A stretch of 43,179 nucleotides of DNA from Candidatus Fraserbacteria bacterium (GTDB taxonomy: Bacteria > Bipolaricaulota > Bipolaricaulia > RBG-16-55-9 > DRXL01). The notes under the pieces are model-generated. The model was not told the origin of the DNA. It worked only from the letters and a program-made list of their open reading frames with translations, and did no database searches. This document shows positions 38,817-43,179 of this stretch, one piece after another. The DNA is taken from positions 1 through 43,179 of the forward strand of contig CAMTVK010000016.1 of NCBI GenBank assembly GCA_947085185.1, given 5' to 3'. Made by a program: the position numbers and the translations under genes. How positions within the stretch are numbered: the stretch's first letter is position 1; each line of letters starts with the position of its first letter.

Positions 38817-39544
38817 AGCTCTCCGTGGCCATCCCCGCCCATAACGAAGAGGCCTATATCACCCAATGTCTCCAGTCTTTAGCACACCAAGATTTCCCCG
38901 ATGAGCTGGAGATCGTGGTCTGTCTGAATTTGTGCACGGACAGAACTGAAGAGATCGTGCGAGATTGTACCAAGACGTCTCCGTGGCCGATCAAGGTTGT
39001 CTTTGAGACTCAAAAGGGGGTGAGCTGGGCGCGCCAGACCGCGTGCGAGGCGACTTCCGGGGAGATCATCGCGAGTGCTGATGCCGATGCGATCTACCCG
39101 CCTGAGTGGGCAACACGCATCGCGCGCGCCTTCGCAGAAGACCCCCAGCTCGTGGTGCTCTACGGCCCGGTGCGATTGCACGACTTTGCCGGGTGGGCTT
39201 CCCAACTCTTCCACCCCATACTCAACGATACGATCACGCATCTGGGGCGCCTTGTCGGGTGGCACAACGCCATCGGCTCGAATTTCGCGATGCGCCGCGA
39301 GGCGTTCTTCGCCGTCGGTGGGTTCAACACATCTTTGAAAGCCCTCGAAGATCACGAGATCGTGCGAAGATTGCGCCGTTTTGGGCGCGTCCGCTATGAT
39401 CCTCGCTTAGTAGCGTACGCTTCGGCGCGTCGCTATAATCGTCTGGGAGTTTGGAAGACCATAGGCTTTTATGCACGAAATGCGGTGCGCGCTGTGATCC
39501 TCAAGCGCGACGTCGAGGATTTAGAAGACCTAAGCAACATCTAG
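38813..39544 (+). CDS. GT2 family glycosyltransferase
   Basis: SVAIPAHNEE, CTDRT, ADAD (DXD), GSNFAMRR, GGF, LEDHE, SARR. Confidence 0.92.
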   Translation: MKLSVAIPAHNEEAYITQCLQSLAHQDFPDELEIVVCLNLCTDRTEEIVRDCTKTSPWPIKVVFETQKGVSWARQTACEATSGEIIASADADAIYPPEWATRIARAFAEDPQLVVLYGPVRLHDFAGWASQLFHPILNDTITHLGRLVGWHNAIGSNFAMRREAFFAVGGFNTSLKALEDHEIVRRLRRFGRVRYDPRLVAYASARRYNRLGVWKTIGFYARNAVRAVILKRDVEDLEDLSNI

Positions 39545-39557
39545 AAAAGGGGGATCG

Positions 39558-41216
39558 TTGGGTACACAGCGTGTCGTCGTGATCGCCCTGGATGGGGCAA
39601 CGTTCGATCTCATTGAGCCGTGGGCTGCTGCGGGGTATCTGCCCCATCTGCGCACCCTCTTAGAGCACGGGGCTTGGGCGCGCTTAGAGAGCACCCAGCC
39701 GCCCATCACGGGTGCAGCCTGGACGAGCTTTCAGACAGGGGTCCAGCCGGGACGTCATGGACTCTTTGACTGGCTCGCGCGCAAAGACGGAAGCTACGCG
39801 CTCGCCCCGATCAGCTCTCAGGCTATCACACAAGAAGTCTTGTGGGAGTATCTCAGTCGGCACGGCAAGCGCGTCGGCGTGATGGGCGTGCCTGTCAGCT
39901 ATCCCGCTCGTCCCGTCAACGGCTTTCTCCTCACGGACTTGCTGACCCCCGATGGAGTCAATTACGCTTCTCCCCAGGACCTGAAAGACGAGATCGAGCG
40001 AGCGATCGGGCCCTATCCGGTCATGCCGGAGCACTGGCGCGGCCGCTATGCCGCGCACCAATGGCTCGCAAACTTAAAGAGATCTCTCACGCGGCGCGCC
40101 GAGATCGCCCTCTATCTCTTACGGAGAAAGCCGTGGGATTTCTTCATGGTGCACATCATGGAGACTGACTCTGTGCAGCACCAGATGTGGCATCTGTTAG
40201 ATAACGTCAAACGTCCGCGCTACCACGGGGGGAACTGCTCGGGAAACCCGATCTTGGAGATCTATCAGCTTGCTGACCGTGTCGTCGGACAGATCGCAGA
40301 AGAGCTCGATAGCACCACGACGCTCTTGGTTATCTCCGATCATGGCTTTGGCCCGCTGTATTATAATATCTATCTGAACTGTTGGCTCCACGAGCATGGC
40401 TATTTGACCCTCAAGAGCAATGCGACGACTCTCCTGAAGAAGCTGGCATGGCGTGCTGGGCTAACTCCCGAAAATCTCTATGTCTGGGCAGAGCGATTGA
40501 GAGTGCTCGATCTGGGGGCACGCGTGCGCCATGGCCATCTGCACGATCTGTTGGGGCGCGTCTTCCTCTCGACACAGAACATAGATTGGCCCAGGACGCG
40601 CGCGTATTCTTATGGCAACGTGGGGCAGATCTATCTCAATCTCCAAGGGCGCGAGCCGCAAGGGTGCGTCGAACCGCAAGAAGCCCCAGCGCTCATCGCC
40701 GAGATCATAGCCAAACTCAAAGATTTTACCAACCCCTACACCGGCCAGCCCGTCTTCGAGAAGATCTACCGCAAAGAGCAGATCTACTGGGGCGAAGCGC
40801 TCGCTCGCGCTCCAGAGATCCTCGTAGTTCCCAAAGACGGTATCATGGCTGTAGGCACTACAGAGTTTCTGTCCAATCGCACGATCTCGCCCACGTATGC
40901 GGGGTCAGGGTGGCACCGCATGGAGGGGGTCTTCATGGCTCACGGGCCGTTCATTTCCCCTGGCCGGAAGGGAAAGCTTCAGATCGTTGATCTTTTCCCG
41001 ATCATTGTGACGCTACTCGATCTCCCCATCCCCAAGGGGCTAGACGGTCGTCTTCCTGACGATCTTATGCAGAAAGACCTAATCCCTTGCCCCTCTTCAC
41101 CCTCATCTCCAGCCCCTCTTCCCTCAGAGGGAGAGGGAAGTCAAGGGATGAGGGGCTTAGGGGAGAGATGGGAGAAGGAGATCCGTGAGCGCCTGAAGGG
41201 CTTAGGGTACGTCTGA
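39558..41216 (+). CDS. alkaline phosphatase superfamily protein (nucleotide pyrophosphatase/phosphodiesterase type)
   Basis: IALDGA, STQPPITGAAWTSFQTG, TDSVQH, ISDHGFG, GWHRMEG, C-terminal IRERLKGLGY; TTG start. Confidence 0.9.
   Translation: MGTQRVVVIALDGATFDLIEPWAAAGYLPHLRTLLEHGAWARLESTQPPITGAAWTSFQTGVQPGRHGLFDWLARKDGSYALAPISSQAITQEVLWEYLSRHGKRVGVMGVPVSYPARPVNGFLLTDLLTPDGVNYASPQDLKDEIERAIGPYPVMPEHWRGRYAAHQWLANLKRSLTRRAEIALYLLRRKPWDFFMVHIMETDSVQHQMWHLLDNVKRPRYHGGNCSGNPILEIYQLADRVVGQIAEELDSTTTLLVISDHGFGPLYYNIYLNCWLHEHGYLTLKSNATTLLKKLAWRAGLTPENLYVWAERLRVLDLGARVRHGHLHDLLGRVFLSTQNIDWPRTRAYSYGNVGQIYLNLQGREPQGCVEPQEAPALIAEIIAKLKDFTNPYTGQPVFEKIYRKEQIYWGEALARAPEILVVPKDGIMAVGTTEFLSNRTISPTYAGSGWHRMEGVFMAHGPFISPGRKGKLQIVDLFPIIVTLLDLPIPKGLDGRLPDDLMQKDLIPCPSSPSSPAPLPSEGEGSQGMRGLGERWEKEIRERLKGLGYV
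41100..41154. repeat. REP-like GC-rich palindrome inside the coding sequence
   Basis: CCCTCATC (41100-41107) pairs with GATGAGGG (41147-41154); inner CCCTCTTCCCT-CAG-AGGGAGAGGG stem. Confidence 0.65.
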
Positions 41217-41218
41217 GT

Positions 41219-42328
41219 ATGGTGCGGCGACATTTGTTCGTTCTGGTCTCAGCGATCCTTGGGGCGGGGATCCTTTTGGGGGTTCTTATCTATCTGGGCT
41301 GGGGGAGCGTGCCGTCGCAGGGGCTGGCACTGTGGGCACGGTTCCTCGCCGGTGTCGGGATCGTCGTGAATCAGATTGGGATGTTGGGGCTGTGGGGCTT
41401 TTTATCGCTCACTGGGATCATTCTCGCGACGTTGATCTGCTGGTCCTTAAGTTGGTGGATCATCTTGCGGGCGTATGGGGTGCGTGTCAGTTGGTGGGCC
41501 ACGTGGCGGGCGCGGGTGTGCGGGTTCGCCATTACATACTTGACGCCTTCGATGTACTTAGGGGGAGAGCCAGCGAGCGTCTATCTCATAGCGCGGGAGC
41601 AGCAGGGGGCTTCCCCAGCGACGCGCATCGTCGCGACGATCTTGGTCGCAAAGCTCTTAGAAGGGCTCTGTCTGCTTGCGTTCATCTATCTGGGGGTCTA
41701 CTATGCGCTCGTGACCAAGCTCTTGCCTTTGGACGACACGGGAGCTATTGTGACGGGGATGGTGCTCTTTGGGGTCTTCTTAGCGCTCTTAATGGTTAAT
41801 CTTGCGGGGCATCGGTTGTGGGGGACGCGGGTGTTGGGCTGGCTGAAGGAGCGGTTGCCGTGGAAGCGCGCGCTCGAGATCGCCCAAGTGAAGGTGCGCG
41901 AGGTCGAAGAGGATGTCTTTATTGCGTTTCGCGAGCATGGGCGGGCGACGCTGTTGGCGTTCTTCCTCAATCTTTTGGCGACATTCTTTGTATACTTGCG
42001 CCCACAGGTCTTCTTTCTCTTTGCGCTGCGCGCGTTCTTCCCCTGGTCGTATCTGTCGGTGATCTACACGCTCTTCATATTTTTAGGGGCGTTCTTTTGG
42101 ATCACCCCTGGGGGCACAGGGATCTTCGAGGTGGGCAGCTGGGGCATTTTCAGTTTGTTTCCATTGATCTCGCTGGTCACGCACGCCCCCATTGCTGTCC
42201 CTCAGGAGAGCGCCATCGCGTTTGCGTTGACGCTGAAGACCATTGAGTTTCCGTTGGTGGGGTTAGGGCTGTTCTATTTAATTCGCGTGGGCTTTCTGAA
42301 GATTCCCAAGCCGCCATTGCATCATTAG
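41219..42328 (+). CDS. LPG-synthase TM / UPF0104 flippase-like membrane protein
   Basis: Multi-TM; WWIILR, GFAITYLTPSMYLGGEP, ITPGGTGIFE. Confidence 0.85.
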   Translation: MVRRHLFVLVSAILGAGILLGVLIYLGWGSVPSQGLALWARFLAGVGIVVNQIGMLGLWGFLSLTGIILATLICWSLSWWIILRAYGVRVSWWATWRARVCGFAITYLTPSMYLGGEPASVYLIAREQQGASPATRIVATILVAKLLEGLCLLAFIYLGVYYALVTKLLPLDDTGAIVTGMVLFGVFLALLMVNLAGHRLWGTRVLGWLKERLPWKRALEIAQVKVREVEEDVFIAFREHGRATLLAFFLNLLATFFVYLRPQVFFLFALRAFFPWSYLSVIYTLFIFLGAFFWITPGGTGIFEVGSWGIFSLFPLISLVTHAPIAVPQESAIAFALTLKTIEFPLVGLGLFYLIRVGFLKIPKPPLHH

Positions 42329-42355
42329 ATCATCATAGGTCGTAATGAAGGGAAG

Positions 42356-43012
42356 TCACGGCACGCCCCAGCGCCAGGGCGGCCAGATGCGCAGTAAATA
42401 CCTGCCATTGACACTTTCGTGCTTAACAAATCCAAATACTTCAAAGCGGGAGTCAAAACTGTGCATCGAATTGTCCCCCAGCACGAAATAATGCCCTTTT
42501 GGCACAAGGACATGTACACCAGGGTGAGCCATCCATCCTCCTATGTTATGGTAGCATTGCCTTTGAGGGTCAGGATGCTCAGGATGGTTAAATTTTTCAG
42601 ACCTCACCGGTTGATCATCGACGTAGACGTAGCAGTCTTTGATACTCACGCGCTGCCCGCCCACGGCGATAAGACGTTTAGCAACGCGCCCATCTTTAAA
42701 TTCAAACGAGATAATGTCTCCCGGCTGCAAAGGGCGCAGGCCGAGCTTCCAAGAAACCTTCTCAACAAGAAAGATATCTCCATATTGGATTGTGGGATCC
42801 ATGGAGGACCCGGTGCCAGCAGGTCTTAGCACAACAGGGCTGAGAGGACTGAGCCACTTGCCTATAACCACTATTGAAGTCGCTATGATTACGATTTGTG
42901 CCCAAGAGATCATACGATCCACTTTAGGTGTTGTATGAACACCTTGATGTTCCAGCCAGCGTGCTACAAATGGCTTTCTGCGGCTAACGTCTGCAGGCTC
43001 AACTTTTCTCAT
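42356..43012 (-). CDS. lepB: signal peptidase I
   Basis: Single TM, GSSMDPT (catalytic Ser), AKRLIAVGG (catalytic Lys), YFVLGDN, SFDSRF, RIWP. Confidence 0.92.
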   Translation of the reverse strand: MRKVEPADVSRRKPFVARWLEHQGVHTTPKVDRMISWAQIVIIATSIVVIGKWLSPLSPVVLRPAGTGSSMDPTIQYGDIFLVEKVSWKLGLRPLQPGDIISFEFKDGRVAKRLIAVGGQRVSIKDCYVYVDDQPVRSEKFNHPEHPDPQRQCYHNIGGWMAHPGVHVLVPKGHYFVLGDNSMHSFDSRFEVFGFVKHESVNGRYLLRIWPPWRWGVP

Positions 43013-43070
43013 ATCTTATACTGGTGCCCTTCCCCACTCCCCTATCCGTCAATTTTGAGATAACTTCTTG

Positions 43071-43178
43071 TCAACCTTTCACTTGCCCAAGACTGATCAA
43101 CAGCATCCAGAAAAAGCTAGTAACTAAAACAGGGAGCGATATTAACCCAATCGCCAGGAGCCTTCCTTGAGTCCCCTC
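43071..43178 (-). CDS. 3' end of a probable membrane protein (starts beyond the window)
   Basis: Manual translation EGTQGRLLAIGLISLPVLVTSFFWMLLISLGQVKG*: hydrophobic helix and stop upstream of lepB. Confidence 0.4.
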   Translation of the reverse strand, partial: EGTQGRLLAIGLISLPVLVTSFFWMLLISLGQVKG

Positions 43179-43179
43179 A

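Overview
Bacterial chromosome window with no rRNA, tRNA or CRISPR array visible. The divergent ribosomal proteins suggest a deep-branching lineage; Ca. Bipolaricaulota/Acetothermia is only my impression and cannot be verified here. It opens with the 5' part of an IS481-like transposase (minus strand, absent from the ORF track) abutting a consensus sigma70 promoter. That promoter precedes an ~18 kb fused str-S10-spc-alpha ribosomal superoperon (rpsL to rplQ, no tuf, no rpmD) that runs into mobA. Next come mutS, ispD/yacL, prmC-ftsEX-like, ecfT, yidD, chorismate mutase plus an ACT-less prephenate dehydratase, an ABC-F ATPase, a trpB-trpA-aroKB-aroQ(+CDGSH) operon, a sirtuin, guaA, a GT4-GT4-GT2-phosphodiesterase-flippase cluster and a signal peptidase I. 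Main oddities: (1) TrpB has Thr in place of the PLP-binding catalytic Lys and is paired with a divergent TrpA; (2) SecY has a ~120-aa extracytoplasmic insert; (3) infA probably starts at AUU; (4) AroQ is fused in frame to a CDGSH Fe-S domain that keeps its own promoter and RBS; (5) the FtsE-like protein has degenerate ATPase motifs; (6) S11 lacks its conserved C-terminal tail.
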